From a virus (Duplodnaviria > Caudoviricetes): a stretch of 28,340 bases of DNA. The notes beneath the pieces are model-generated. The model ran no database searches. It worked only from the letters and a program-made list of their open reading frames with translations, and had not been told where the DNA came from. Where the stretch lies: IMG/VR virus record IMGVR_UViG_3300011339_000373, positions 1-28,340 of that record. One strand, 5' to 3'. This document shows positions 16,019 to 24,828 of the stretch, in pieces. Position numbers and translations under genes: made by a program. Position 1 is the first letter of the stretch; every line of letters begins with the position of its first letter.

Positions 16019-17605
16019 TTAGTTCAATTTCAAAATAACAATACCAGAACCACCAGCGCCAGAATCAAAAGGCCCACCTCCAGCATTGCCGCCTCCACCG
16101 CCACCGCCTCCAGTATTTGCAGTTCCCGCAACACCGTTAGAAACGCCATATTCTCCACCAGCACCACCGCCACCGGCTCCACCTGTTCCAACGTGATTGC
16201 CAGAATAAGCACATCCACCACCACCACCAGCATACGTTACAGACGTTCCAGAGATAGAAGATGCAGCCCCAGCGCCACCATTACCAGAATTATTAACGGC
16301 ATAACCACTTTGTCCAACAGCACTAGCACCGCCGCCACCACCAGTTCCATACGGAATAAAATCTCCTCCCGCATATCCTTGTCCAGATGTACCAGTTCCT
16401 CCCGTTGCTGATACAACGGTTGCTGCACCACCACCAGAACCACCATTGCCAACAGATGCGTTTCCAGAACTTGAACCACCACCACCTCCACCGCCTCCAG
16501 TAGAAGTTATAGAACTGAACACAGAGTTGCTTCCGTTGTTTCCAACAGAACCAGAAGAAACTAATGCACCGCCAGCGCCCACTGTAATTGTGTAAGTAGT
16601 TCCCGGTGTTACAGACAAACCAGAACCAACACGCATACCGCCAGCACCACCGCCTCCACCAATACCGCTGTTAAAACTTTCACGGCCTCCACCGCCACCA
16701 CCGGCTACTACAAGATAGTCAACAGTAGATATACCAGCGGGTGCAGTCCATGTTGTAGTGGATGTAAAAGTAAAAGAAGCTCCGGGAGAAACTTTGTAAC
16801 TCAAAACAACAATACCAGAGCCTCCGCTACCCGCTATTCCTCCTGTAGCGCCAATACCACCACCTCCACTGCCTGTGTTTGTTGTTCCTGATGTTGCATT
16901 ATTACTACCACTATCCGAACCAGCACCGCCAATGCTAGAGCCTCCAGCACCACCACTACCAGAATAAGCACCGCCGCCACCGCCACCAGCGTAGGTTACA
17001 GATGTTCCAGAAATACTTGAGGCCACGCCTATGCCGCCAGAAGTTCCTCCAGACCCACTACCATCAATTCCAACAGAACCAGCGCCGCCTCCACCGCAAG
17101 CGCCATAAGTGGCTGGAGTACCTGTTCTGCTGCCGCCAGCATAACCTTGTCCAGATGTTGCGGAGCCTCCCGAATGATTATCAGCACCACCGCCACCACC
17201 AGAACCTCCTGATACACCATTAATAGATGATGCAGTTGCTGGGCCACCCCCACCTCCACCAATTGCCGTTAAAGAAGAAAAAACAGAATTTCCACCTGAT
17301 GTGCCTGCTGTTGCGTTTTGATTTGGAGCGCCTGCGCCACCAGCGCCAACAGTAATTGTGTAAGTTGTTCCAGACGTTACAGAAAAAGCAGTTCCAGTTA
17401 ATAAACCACCAGCGCCGCCACCGCCGCCGCCACCGTTAAATGCTGATACATTACCACCGCCACCACCGCCACCAGCAACAACTAAATAATCAACAGTTGT
17501 TACACCTGTTGGGCAAGTCCATGAATTAGTAGACGTAAAAGTAGAAATTATGGTGTATTGGCTAACACCATAAGTTCCAAGAATAAATTGGAGAACACCG
17601 CTCAT
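16019..17605 (-). CDS. Glycine-rich-domain tail fibre/adhesin with two tandem domains
   Basis: Two copies of W-T-x-P-x-G...VDYLVVAGGGGGG...GGSGIV; start at 17605 by ATGA coupling. Confidence 0.8.
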   Translation of the reverse strand: MSGVLQFILGTYGVSQYTIISTFTSTNSWTCPTGVTTVDYLVVAGGGGGGGNVSAFNGGGGGGGAGGLLTGTAFSVTSGTTYTITVGAGGAGAPNQNATAGTSGGNSVFSSLTAIGGGGGGPATASSINGVSGGSGGGGGADNHSGGSATSGQGYAGGSRTGTPATYGACGGGGAGSVGIDGSGSGGTSGGIGVASSISGTSVTYAGGGGGGAYSGSGGAGGSSIGGAGSDSGSNNATSGTTNTGSGGGGIGATGGIAGSGGSGIVVLSYKVSPGASFTFTSTTTWTAPAGISTVDYLVVAGGGGGGRESFNSGIGGGGGAGGMRVGSGLSVTPGTTYTITVGAGGALVSSGSVGNNGSNSVFSSITSTGGGGGGGGSSSGNASVGNGGSGGGAATVVSATGGTGTSGQGYAGGDFIPYGTGGGGGASAVGQSGYAVNNSGNGGAGAASSISGTSVTYAGGGGGCAYSGNHVGTGGAGGGGAGGEYGVSNGVAGTANTGGGGGGGGNAGGGPFDSGAGGSGIVILKLN

Positions 17606-18090
17606 GTCAAAGCACTTCCAGAAATTATCCAAGTTGTGTTTGCCGTTTTTAATGCTGTTGCTACGCCATATTGGGCCAGTGAACGTGAGCCTGTAGTGCC
17701 AGCACTAGACAAATACATGGTGTCAGTAGTGATAGCAATGGTCACTGCGTTGGCAGACAAATTTACAAAGTTGACTGCCGTGCCAGTTGCATACGACACA
17801 GAACTGTTAGCCGGTATTGTGTAAGTAGCAGCCGCTGAACCAGACGCATGGTAGATGTGTTTGCCAGCATCAGCCGCAACAAGCGTGTAGTTGCCTGTCT
17901 GTGGGTTTTGAGGAATGGTCAAAAATCCAATAGCGTTTGTTCCATCCACTGTGCAATTTGCAAGTGTAGTAATGGTGTTGCCAAGCTGGACTGCCGTGTT
18001 TCCAATAGTGATAGTTGTAGCAAAGTTGCTATCCAACTGGGACAAAGGAATAGCTGCTGTAGCTGTGCCAAAGGTATAGGGGACTGCCAT
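17602..18090 (-). CDS. Tail fibre proximal/anchor protein
   Basis: IPLSQLDSNF N-terminus; YTLVAADAGK...LAQYGVATALK...WIISG. Confidence 0.7.
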   Translation of the reverse strand: MAVPYTFGTATAAIPLSQLDSNFATTITIGNTAVQLGNTITTLANCTVDGTNAIGFLTIPQNPQTGNYTLVAADAGKHIYHASGSAAATYTIPANSSVSYATGTAVNFVNLSANAVTIAITTDTMYLSSAGTTGSRSLAQYGVATALKTANTTWIISGSALT

Positions 18091-18091
18091 A

Positions 18092-20113
18092 TTAGAACCT
18101 CACTCTTAATTCATGTTCAAATTCAAATGTGTTGTACACAAAAGCTGAATTGTTACTGGTTATTGTCAAACCAAGATATTTGCCGTATTGCTGCGCGTCA
18201 CTCTTGTATAACGCATACCCGTTGGAAGTTATCCAGCCTATAGTTGTGCCGCTGTTGTTTTTCCAAGTTATCGTTGTACCGTTATTGTTATACCAAGTGA
18301 CCGAATTGTCTAGTACATAAGTGGGGCTGGAACCCGCCTCACTGTCTACAGTCACATTTAGGGTTGCCGCATTAGTCAAAGTGGCTTCAATACCAAATTT
18401 GAGGGCTTGTTTTGTCCGTATAGGGTCACCCATAGGCATAAGAGCGGTGCGAATAGTGCTGGTTATAGCTGCCGTAGCGTTTCCATACAACCTATTCAAA
18501 TCTAACCCGGTAGTGCCGTACAGGTTTATCAGGCCGGACAGGGGGACGGAGGTAATGTAGGAAAGACTGCCTTGGCTGGTGACAAACCACTTCTTTTCAA
18601 AAAAGATGCACTGAATTTGCCGGGGCGAGGACAGTGGGTCATTGTAGGTAAAAGAGAAAGCCGCGCATAGGATGTTATTCAGCAGCACCTGACCGCCAGA
18701 CACCGGCTTGGTAAAGTCAATGTTTGGAAAAATGCCGTCCAACTGGTCAGAAATCTTGCTGGTGGTAGAGCCAACAAGGGCGTACATACCGTAGTCGTTC
18801 ATAAACAGAACGGAACGGAAGTACGGGAAGATAGAGTAAATCCTTCTTGTACCTACGCTGGCACTGACATTGGTGTTGGTGAACAAGGTTGCACCCGTGC
18901 TAGTAACACGCAAGTCTGAGAACACGTTGATACTGTCATCGCCAAACACATACAAAAAGTTATTGGCAGATAACAAACCTTGTATGTTGCCGTGCAGCGT
19001 AGAGTCTGTCAGGGTAAAAGACCCGGCAGACACGGATGTAAAGTCACTATAACTTCCAGCAGCAGAGTAGTACACAGTACGTCCAGCCGCTACCCATGCT
19101 CTGCCTGAGAAGGTGGCAACGTCAACAATCTGGTCTGTATTGATAATGCCGGTAGCGGTAGCACCAGAACCAGCGGGAGAACTGCTATCTGCTAATACTA
19201 CCGTCACGTTGGAGTTGGATGTGTATCCAGCCCCGGCATTTGACATGATGACTTGGGTAATTTGACCGCCACTGACAATAGCATTACCTGTTGCTCGTGT
19301 TGTCCAGCCGTTTCCATCCCCGATAGTCACTGTGATGTTGGATGAGTTGGTGTAACCCGTGCCAAAAGTGTTCATCACTACAGACACTGTACCTGTTTTA
19401 AAAGTAATCAGCGAGGCTACGGCGGTAGCATTAACAGTGGCATTGCCGCCAGCAATAGTGATGGTAGGCGGGGACGTATATCCTTGACCGGCGTTTGTCA
19501 GGGTGATACTGCTTACTACATTGCTACCAGCAACATTGCTTATAGTAGCTACAGCAGTTGCTTGTATGTTTCCTGTTAACTCTTGCGGAGCAGAAAGGGT
19601 GATAGAGGGAGTAGTGACGTATCCGTTACCCGCATTCCTAATACCTATAAGGCCTACAGAACCAATGCTGGATAGGTTAGCCCCATCCCAAGTAAACAAA
19701 CCTTGGCTTGGGTCACCAATGATGACACGCTGGTTCTTGTATTGGGCCGCAGACACACCAGAAGCAGAGAACGTCCCTGCCGCAGTTATATTGCCTCTGT
19801 TGGCAGTTCCGCTGCTGTCTAATTTGACGTACTGCGCTGCGCCGTTGGTTTCAAAACCAACAACGTAATCATTAACATCAATGTTGGCAGACGTAAGGTA
19901 GCTGACAGTATTAGAAAAAGTAATGGCGTTGCCGGTAGAGTCTTTGACAGCAGACTGCGCCGGAACAATCTTAATATTGGCGTGACCAATCGGCATGGCA
20001 TTTTCAATCCACGCAAATTCGTCTTCTTTGATTGCCGTCCTGTTAGCCTTTGTGTTTAGGCTAGTGAAGTTTTTAACGACAGCATAAGACTTTTTTTGTT
20101 CTGCCGCTGCCAT
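18092..20113 (-). CDS. Putative tail nozzle/stabilisation protein (tail tubular B-like)
   Basis: 673 aa, beta-rich, follows the adaptor; FSGRAWVA and YYSAAGSYSDF propeller-like segments. Confidence 0.65.
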   Translation of the reverse strand: MAAAEQKKSYAVVKNFTSLNTKANRTAIKEDEFAWIENAMPIGHANIKIVPAQSAVKDSTGNAITFSNTVSYLTSANIDVNDYVVGFETNGAAQYVKLDSSGTANRGNITAAGTFSASGVSAAQYKNQRVIIGDPSQGLFTWDGANLSSIGSVGLIGIRNAGNGYVTTPSITLSAPQELTGNIQATAVATISNVAGSNVVSSITLTNAGQGYTSPPTITIAGGNATVNATAVASLITFKTGTVSVVMNTFGTGYTNSSNITVTIGDGNGWTTRATGNAIVSGGQITQVIMSNAGAGYTSNSNVTVVLADSSSPAGSGATATGIINTDQIVDVATFSGRAWVAAGRTVYYSAAGSYSDFTSVSAGSFTLTDSTLHGNIQGLLSANNFLYVFGDDSINVFSDLRVTSTGATLFTNTNVSASVGTRRIYSIFPYFRSVLFMNDYGMYALVGSTTSKISDQLDGIFPNIDFTKPVSGGQVLLNNILCAAFSFTYNDPLSSPRQIQCIFFEKKWFVTSQGSLSYITSVPLSGLINLYGTTGLDLNRLYGNATAAITSTIRTALMPMGDPIRTKQALKFGIEATLTNAATLNVTVDSEAGSSPTYVLDNSVTWYNNNGTTITWKNNSGTTIGWITSNGYALYKSDAQQYGKYLGLTITSNNSAFVYNTFEFEHELRVRF

Positions 20114-20115
20114 GA

Positions 20116-20961
20116 TTAGTACGCTGAAGAGTAAGGGTCTGGAATACGCCGTGTAAACACAGAGTTCAACACTGCATTGACATGCTTGCCGTACTCTTGT
20201 TTGTAAATTTCAGCTTCACCGTAGCTTTGTTCTTTGTACTTGGCTTTGTAAGCCGCATAGAAAGCTACAGGAGTTGTGTAAGGAGCAACTATAGAGTCAG
20301 TGATGTTCGGGTCTGTTGTTGTCAAAGCCGTAGGCATAACAACCGTGTCCAACTCTATGTAATAGCTTTGGTCTGGCACTGGAGAGATGTAAATCTGCCC
20401 CTGACCATAAACGCTATAACAAATAGGCCGTCCAACGTAGTTTTGCCAGTAACGTAACTGAGCATTAAAGTTTGACCAAGGCAAATAGCGTAGCGGGATG
20501 CGGCTGTTTCCCCAATACAAATTGACGTTGATGATGTCTAACGTGTACTGAGCATTAGGCATTGCGGCATAGCTAATAATTTCCGCATTGCTGGAATATT
20601 GCAGAGTAGCCGTACCATCTGTGAAAGGAGCAGCCGGTGGGAATGTGCTTCCAGAGGCCGGGTATGGCGGGGGAGATGAGCCAGTTGTACCGCTGGCAGT
20701 TACCGCATAGATAAAAATATTGGAGAAAAGGAACTGACCGGCTGTTACAGCGGTATTAGCAGTCCAAGATGTTGCTGCAACCCCTGTCGTAGACAAAGGT
20801 GTTTGGGTAATTTGTAACGTGCGAAGGCAACCAGTATCTCTGACTACTCGCTGACGGGCATCATTAATGTAGTCCGTTAACTCGCCGTCAGACCAGAAGT
20901 TCCCGTTAGCATCGTGTAAAAGCCGCCGGACTTCCGTAATGTAGGAAGAAAGTGTTGCCAT
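20116..20961 (-). CDS. Putative head-tail adaptor (tail tubular A-like)
   Basis: MATLSSYITEVRRLL...LTDYINDA N-terminus, GRPICY, IYISPVPDQSY, helical C-terminus. Confidence 0.7.
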   Translation of the reverse strand: MATLSSYITEVRRLLHDANGNFWSDGELTDYINDARQRVVRDTGCLRTLQITQTPLSTTGVAATSWTANTAVTAGQFLFSNIFIYAVTASGTTGSSPPPYPASGSTFPPAAPFTDGTATLQYSSNAEIISYAAMPNAQYTLDIINVNLYWGNSRIPLRYLPWSNFNAQLRYWQNYVGRPICYSVYGQGQIYISPVPDQSYYIELDTVVMPTALTTTDPNITDSIVAPYTTPVAFYAAYKAKYKEQSYGEAEIYKQEYGKHVNAVLNSVFTRRIPDPYSSAY

Positions 20962-20973
20962 GTGGCTTCCATT

Positions 20974-21315
20974 TTAGGCTGCCCTTTGATTAACTTTTCC
21001 CCCCGCGTGTTTTTCAACACGCAGAGGTACTACGCTAACCGCCGAGGGTAGGGAGCGGTCTTGTTGGGCCGACTGATAAGTTATCTCAAACTTGTTCAGT
21101 CTCTCAATCCCAGAATTTAAGTCTGCATGAGAACGTATCCAACCCAGACGGGCCAGATACGGTTCTTTGTCTTCTGCACCGTAACCAAATACATGCTTTG
21201 CAACATGCAGAGGAACTTCTACGGGTTTACCCCTAAGAAACTCATAAAAGACTCCACCGTACCCGTCTGTGAGTGCGGAGTCGCTTTTGTTGGTTACGAT
21301 TACAGTTTCGGTCAT
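20974..21315 (-). CDS. Hypothetical virion-module protein
   Basis: In-operon, ATGA coupled. Confidence 0.7.
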   Translation of the reverse strand: MTETVIVTNKSDSALTDGYGGVFYEFLRGKPVEVPLHVAKHVFGYGAEDKEPYLARLGWIRSHADLNSGIERLNKFEITYQSAQQDRSLPSAVSVVPLRVEKHAGGKVNQRAA

Positions 21316-21716
21316 AGGTTCACAATGTCACCGTACACCGTAATATCAACTGTTGCATCATTAGCAGTAATCACTTTGACCCACAGAGCGCCAGACGAGT
21401 ACACGTTAGAAACGGCATTCGCGGTAATGACGGCATCTTGGTAAGTGGAGTTGCTTACAACATTAGATAGTTTGGCAGTAGTAATCACAGCATTGGCAAG
21501 CGAACCATCGCTAGACGTAATGATACTTACGTTAGCGGTGGCAGCACTTGCGTTTGCGTTATTAAAGGTGACACGGCGCACTATGTAGGACGTACCAACC
21601 ACAGACATGACGGCAGCAGTATTGCTGACGGTATTCAGTGGAACATTAACGGCAGTTGCAATGGCAAAGTTGCCAAAGGAATCACCGCGCAGTGGGCCTA
21701 CTTGGTTTGCGTTCAT
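21312..21716 (-). CDS. Putative capsid decoration/minor structural protein
   Basis: Beta-rich, downstream of the major capsid gene, AAGGAG RBS. Confidence 0.6.
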   Translation of the reverse strand: MNANQVGPLRGDSFGNFAIATAVNVPLNTVSNTAAVMSVVGTSYIVRRVTFNNANASAATANVSIITSSDGSLANAVITTAKLSNVVSNSTYQDAVITANAVSNVYSSGALWVKVITANDATVDITVYGDIVNL

Positions 21717-21725
21717 GTCTGCTCC

Positions 21726-22100
21726 TTAAGTATTGAACGTACCGGGAGCGTTGTTGCCGCCGTTAGACGTATACAGAGTCAAAGTCTGAGTAGATGTTGT
21801 TGCGTTTCCACGCACGTTCCATCCATCAGAAATAACTGTACCGCCAGTGTTAGCTGCAATGTACGTTATCCAAGAGTTTGCATTCGTATTGGTATACGCA
21901 TTTACCTCAATAGTCACGTTGTTCGTGGTTTGAGGAAGAATGTATGTACCAGCCGGAATGAACTGAGCAGACGATGTGCCAGCATTCATCGCAGTAGCAT
22001 TACCAATACCAACAGCGGTAATGGTGATACCTTGAAGGAACGCACCAGCCGTGTTAGTGGCTGCATTGGCAAGTAGGATTTTATTTAGAGCTAATGACAT
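21726..22100 (-). CDS. Putative capsid decoration/minor structural protein
   Basis: Directly after the major capsid gene, AAGGAG RBS, Thr/Asn/Ala-rich. Confidence 0.6.
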   Translation of the reverse strand: MSLALNKILLANAATNTAGAFLQGITITAVGIGNATAMNAGTSSAQFIPAGTYILPQTTNNVTIEVNAYTNTNANSWITYIAANTGGTVISDGWNVRGNATTSTQTLTLYTSNGGNNAPGTFNT

Positions 22101-22112
22101 GTTTTATGCTCC

Positions 22113-23123
22113 TTACAGTGAGAGGTAGTTGTAACCTGTCACCTTGGTCATCGACTTAGGTTTGACGTTCACCAGTTCGGCAATCATCAAAACTGCACCG
22201 ACATAACCAATCTGCCAGTTCGGGAGTGTGGATTCAAATCCTGTAAACACAAACGAACCTTGCTCATGGATGTAGAGCGACAGATAGTTAGTGTTGAGGA
22301 AGTAAACCGTACCTTCTGGGCAGTAGGGGTCAGGATAGATTGGCACACCGGCAACCATCAAAGCGCGGAAAGCTGCTTGAGGGCCGTTGTTGTCGCCATC
22401 AAAGCCGGAACCGGGAGTGATGACATATTGCTCTTGACCTACGAAGTCTTGAGCCAACAGTGTCCATGTACCAAAGCCGCAAACACCAAAGCTAGGCATT
22501 TCAGCACCGTTCTTCACAGTACCAGAAATGTATTGCAGAATGTTTTGACGGGTAGGGTTAACAGAACCGGCAGCGTACTGCTTGGATTTCCACCATGTGT
22601 AGGTAGAACGGTTGATGTTACCGTAGGTTTGCAGAGTTGTACCGTCATCCACAGCACCGGGCAGTCCAATGAACTGTTGGGTGTTGGTGGTGTTGTTGTA
22701 CAAAGCCGTAGCCATTGCGTCCATCATCACGTTGGTGGCATCGTTCATACGAGCCTCAATCAACGGGATAATCGCTGCATCTTGTTGAACTGCGCCTTCC
22801 ATACCGAGGAACGGCACGGGAGAAATCATCAGTTTCAAGTCAAATTCAGCGTTGTAAGCACCCTGTTGAACTGACGGCTGGGCAAAAGAGCCGCTGTAGT
22901 CAGACCACTGAGCATTTACAAACTGTGCGCCCTGTACGGGAACAGTTACAGAAGAAACACCGCCGGAGGCTTGCTGACTATTGCTAATCAGTGCTGCCAA
23001 CAAAGGTGTTGAGTTATAAAGCTGGACAACCAGCTTGGGAATAAAGGCTCTACGAGTTACATAGGTCAGTTCAGTAAACTGATTCGACCCTGTAGCTGGT
23101 AGGATGCCGCCGCCAATAGCCAT
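22113..23123 (-). CDS. Major capsid protein (HK97-fold candidate)
   Basis: 336 aa, strong AAGGAGG RBS, follows the scaffold; GLPGAVDD, YGNINRS, GVPIYPDPYCPEGTVYFLNT. Confidence 0.85.
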   Translation of the reverse strand: MAIGGGILPATGSNQFTELTYVTRRAFIPKLVVQLYNSTPLLAALISNSQQASGGVSSVTVPVQGAQFVNAQWSDYSGSFAQPSVQQGAYNAEFDLKLMISPVPFLGMEGAVQQDAAIIPLIEARMNDATNVMMDAMATALYNNTTNTQQFIGLPGAVDDGTTLQTYGNINRSTYTWWKSKQYAAGSVNPTRQNILQYISGTVKNGAEMPSFGVCGFGTWTLLAQDFVGQEQYVITPGSGFDGDNNGPQAAFRALMVAGVPIYPDPYCPEGTVYFLNTNYLSLYIHEQGSFVFTGFESTLPNWQIGYVGAVLMIAELVNVKPKSMTKVTGYNYLSL

Positions 23124-23161
23124 AAGGCCTCCTTACGTCTTGATAGACAAACAATACCCTC

Positions 23162-23692
23162 TTATAAACCGATTGGGCGAGTGGGCTTACGCAAATCACT
23201 CAATGCCCGTGCTGCTTCTTCACGCGCTGCACCTACCGGGTTCTTCCAATACTTGTTGAGGTCAAACTGTTTAACAGGTGACGGGTTGTATCCAGAAGAG
23301 GTAGGCACTGCGGCTTGTTTCATCCAGTTGTGATACTGGGCTGCTGTTTCATGGTTTGTAATACCTTGCTCCAGCATAATCTTTTCTACGTCCCTGACTT
23401 CCTCTTCAGAAGAGATAAGTCCCTTCTTCACAAGAGAATTACGGCGGCTCTGCAATTCTGCAATTGCATCACGCTCACGCAACTTTGCTTCTAAGGCTTG
23501 TACACGCTGTTCTGACTGATTGACAGCATTGCGCGTAAAGTCTTCCATCTCAAGTTCTGGAATAGGAAGGTCTGGTTTAACCTTCTTGGTCATCCGCAAG
23601 AACTCTTTACGAGTCTCTGGATTCTCAGCCAGCATTTGAGACAGGGAAGCCAGTTCATCACGGGCTTCAAAAGATACGTTTTCAAGTGACAT
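23162..23692 (-). CDS. Putative capsid scaffolding protein
   Basis: Charged helical protein directly upstream of the major capsid gene. Confidence 0.65.
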   Translation of the reverse strand: MSLENVSFEARDELASLSQMLAENPETRKEFLRMTKKVKPDLPIPELEMEDFTRNAVNQSEQRVQALEAKLRERDAIAELQSRRNSLVKKGLISSEEEVRDVEKIMLEQGITNHETAAQYHNWMKQAAVPTSSGYNPSPVKQFDLNKYWKNPVGAAREEAARALSDLRKPTRPIGL

Positions 23693-23712
23693 AGTTTTAC
23701 CCTCTTAATGTC

Positions 23713-23895
23713 TTAAATTACTTTTTTACCGTCACCGGGCTTTTGGACAGCCATTCCAGTTTTTCCAACTTTAGCGGGACTGTTAAGTCCACCAAATTGA
23801 GCAAAACGGGGAGTGTTGACCATTACGCCGTTATTCTGATTGTTGTCAGTAGGACGGCGGGGGGCTGCTGCGCCACGGGGTTTAAATAAATCCAT
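23713..23895 (-). CDS. 60-aa hypothetical protein (MDLFKPRG...)
   Basis: AAGGAG RBS before ATG 23895. Confidence 0.7.
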   Translation of the reverse strand: MDLFKPRGAAAPRRPTDNNQNNGVMVNTPRFAQFGGLNSPAKVGKTGMAVQKPGDGKKVI

Positions 23896-23905
23896 GATGG
23901 ACTCC

Positions 23906-24373
23906 TTACATTGGGGGGGGTTGTGGTGCGCCGGGTGAGGGCATACCGGGAATCGGCGCGCTTGCCATTGCTTTTCCCTCTGGGCTTGCGCCACCAGCTT
24001 GAGGTAGAGTTTGCAGCATTTGCAGAATCTCTGATTGCTGCAACTCATTGGTTTTGTTCTTGCGTGGCCCCATGAGGCCCGTCAGCGAACGAATAGCAGC
24101 CAATGCTTTTTGGCCTTCTACAGATTCTGAACCAAGTGCGGGAAGGGACTGCTCTAGCAAGTCCATTGCCATGCCAACATTAATCATGGCAGCTTCTTTG
24201 CTGCCCATCTTAGGTTCTGGAGTAGACATAGGTGAGGACATTGGAGGCGTTTCCGCATCCGACATCGCACCAGCACCGCCGGGAATTTCACCGGGAGGGG
24301 GGGCTGGCACAGGCGCACCCGCTGAGCGGTCACCCTTCATTAACTCCATCAATTTATCTGACGGTACACCCAT
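23906..24373 (-). CDS. Pro/Met-rich hypothetical head-module protein
   Basis: AAGGAG RBS before ATG 24373. Confidence 0.75.
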   Translation of the reverse strand: MGVPSDKLMELMKGDRSAGAPVPAPPPGEIPGGAGAMSDAETPPMSSPMSTPEPKMGSKEAAMINVGMAMDLLEQSLPALGSESVEGQKALAAIRSLTGLMGPRKNKTNELQQSEILQMLQTLPQAGGASPEGKAMASAPIPGMPSPGAPQPPPM

Positions 24374-24391
24374 AACTAACTCCTTTGTGGC

Positions 24392-24420
24392 GTTTGTACC
24401 ACATACAAACACTTTGTCAA
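24392..24420 (-). promoter_or_regulatory. Promoter-like site with overlapping palindrome
   Basis: TTGACA-16 nt-TACAAA on the - strand; inverted repeat GTTTGTA-N5-TACAAAC (24392-24410). Confidence 0.45.
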
Positions 24421-24490
24421 TAGGTGGCGGTTATTTATCATCCAACCGCCAATGATGTGCTGCTCTAGGCAATCAGGGTTTAACCCCTGA

Positions 24491-24529
24491 TTACTTGCGA
24501 GACTTACGTCCTTTACGACCTTTACGCAT
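24491..24529 (-). CDS. 12-aa basic micropeptide MRKGRKGRKSRK
   Basis: AAGGAG RBS 6 nt upstream of the ATG; hairpin overlapping the stop. Confidence 0.65.
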   Translation of the reverse strand: MRKGRKGRKSRK

Positions 24530-24599
24530 AGTGCGCTCCTTCATCAAGGCGGCCACTTACTTTATAGGGGAAGCAGCCATACCCTTTCCTTACGGAACC

Positions 24600-24641
24600 T
24601 TACCGGCGAGTCTTCCGACCCCGTTTGTGTGCTTTGTACAT
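24600..24641 (-). CDS. 13-aa basic micropeptide MYKAHKRGRKTRR
   Basis: GGAG RBS 6 nt upstream of the ATG; followed by a TTCC-GTAA-GGAA hairpin. Confidence 0.6.
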   Translation of the reverse strand: MYKAHKRGRKTRR

Positions 24642-24657
24642 ACTTTACTCCAGTTAA

Positions 24658-24828
24658 TTAACGGCGAGCGTAATCACGTTGACTGCGCCCACTGTTAGTT
24701 TTATATCCAACTTGACGGTATGTCAAGTTAGGGCTGCTTTCTCCACGCTGCAAACTAGAAGTGCCTACCCTTGGCTGGTCTGCCTTGGGTTGAGTAACGC
24801 CACTAGATGCTGAACCTTGTGTAGCCAT
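24658..24828 (-). CDS. 56-aa hypothetical protein (MATQGSASSG...RDYARR)
   Basis: Read manually. TAATG coupling to the portal stop; AAGGAG RBS. Confidence 0.7.
   Translation of the reverse strand: MATQGSASSGVTQPKADQPRVGTSSLQRGESSPNLTYRQVGYKTNSGRSQRDYARR

Noticed and set aside
22100-22130. Capsid C-terminal frameshift or read-through extension
   Set aside because: No slippery heptamer seen near the stop, and the next gene has its own AAGGAG RBS
22260-22874. 204-aa + strand ORF
   Set aside because: Antisense to the major capsid gene, with no independent evidence
23896-24048. Cys-rich N-terminal extension of ORF 23713-24048
   Set aside because: Overlaps the upstream gene; the RBS supports a start at 23895
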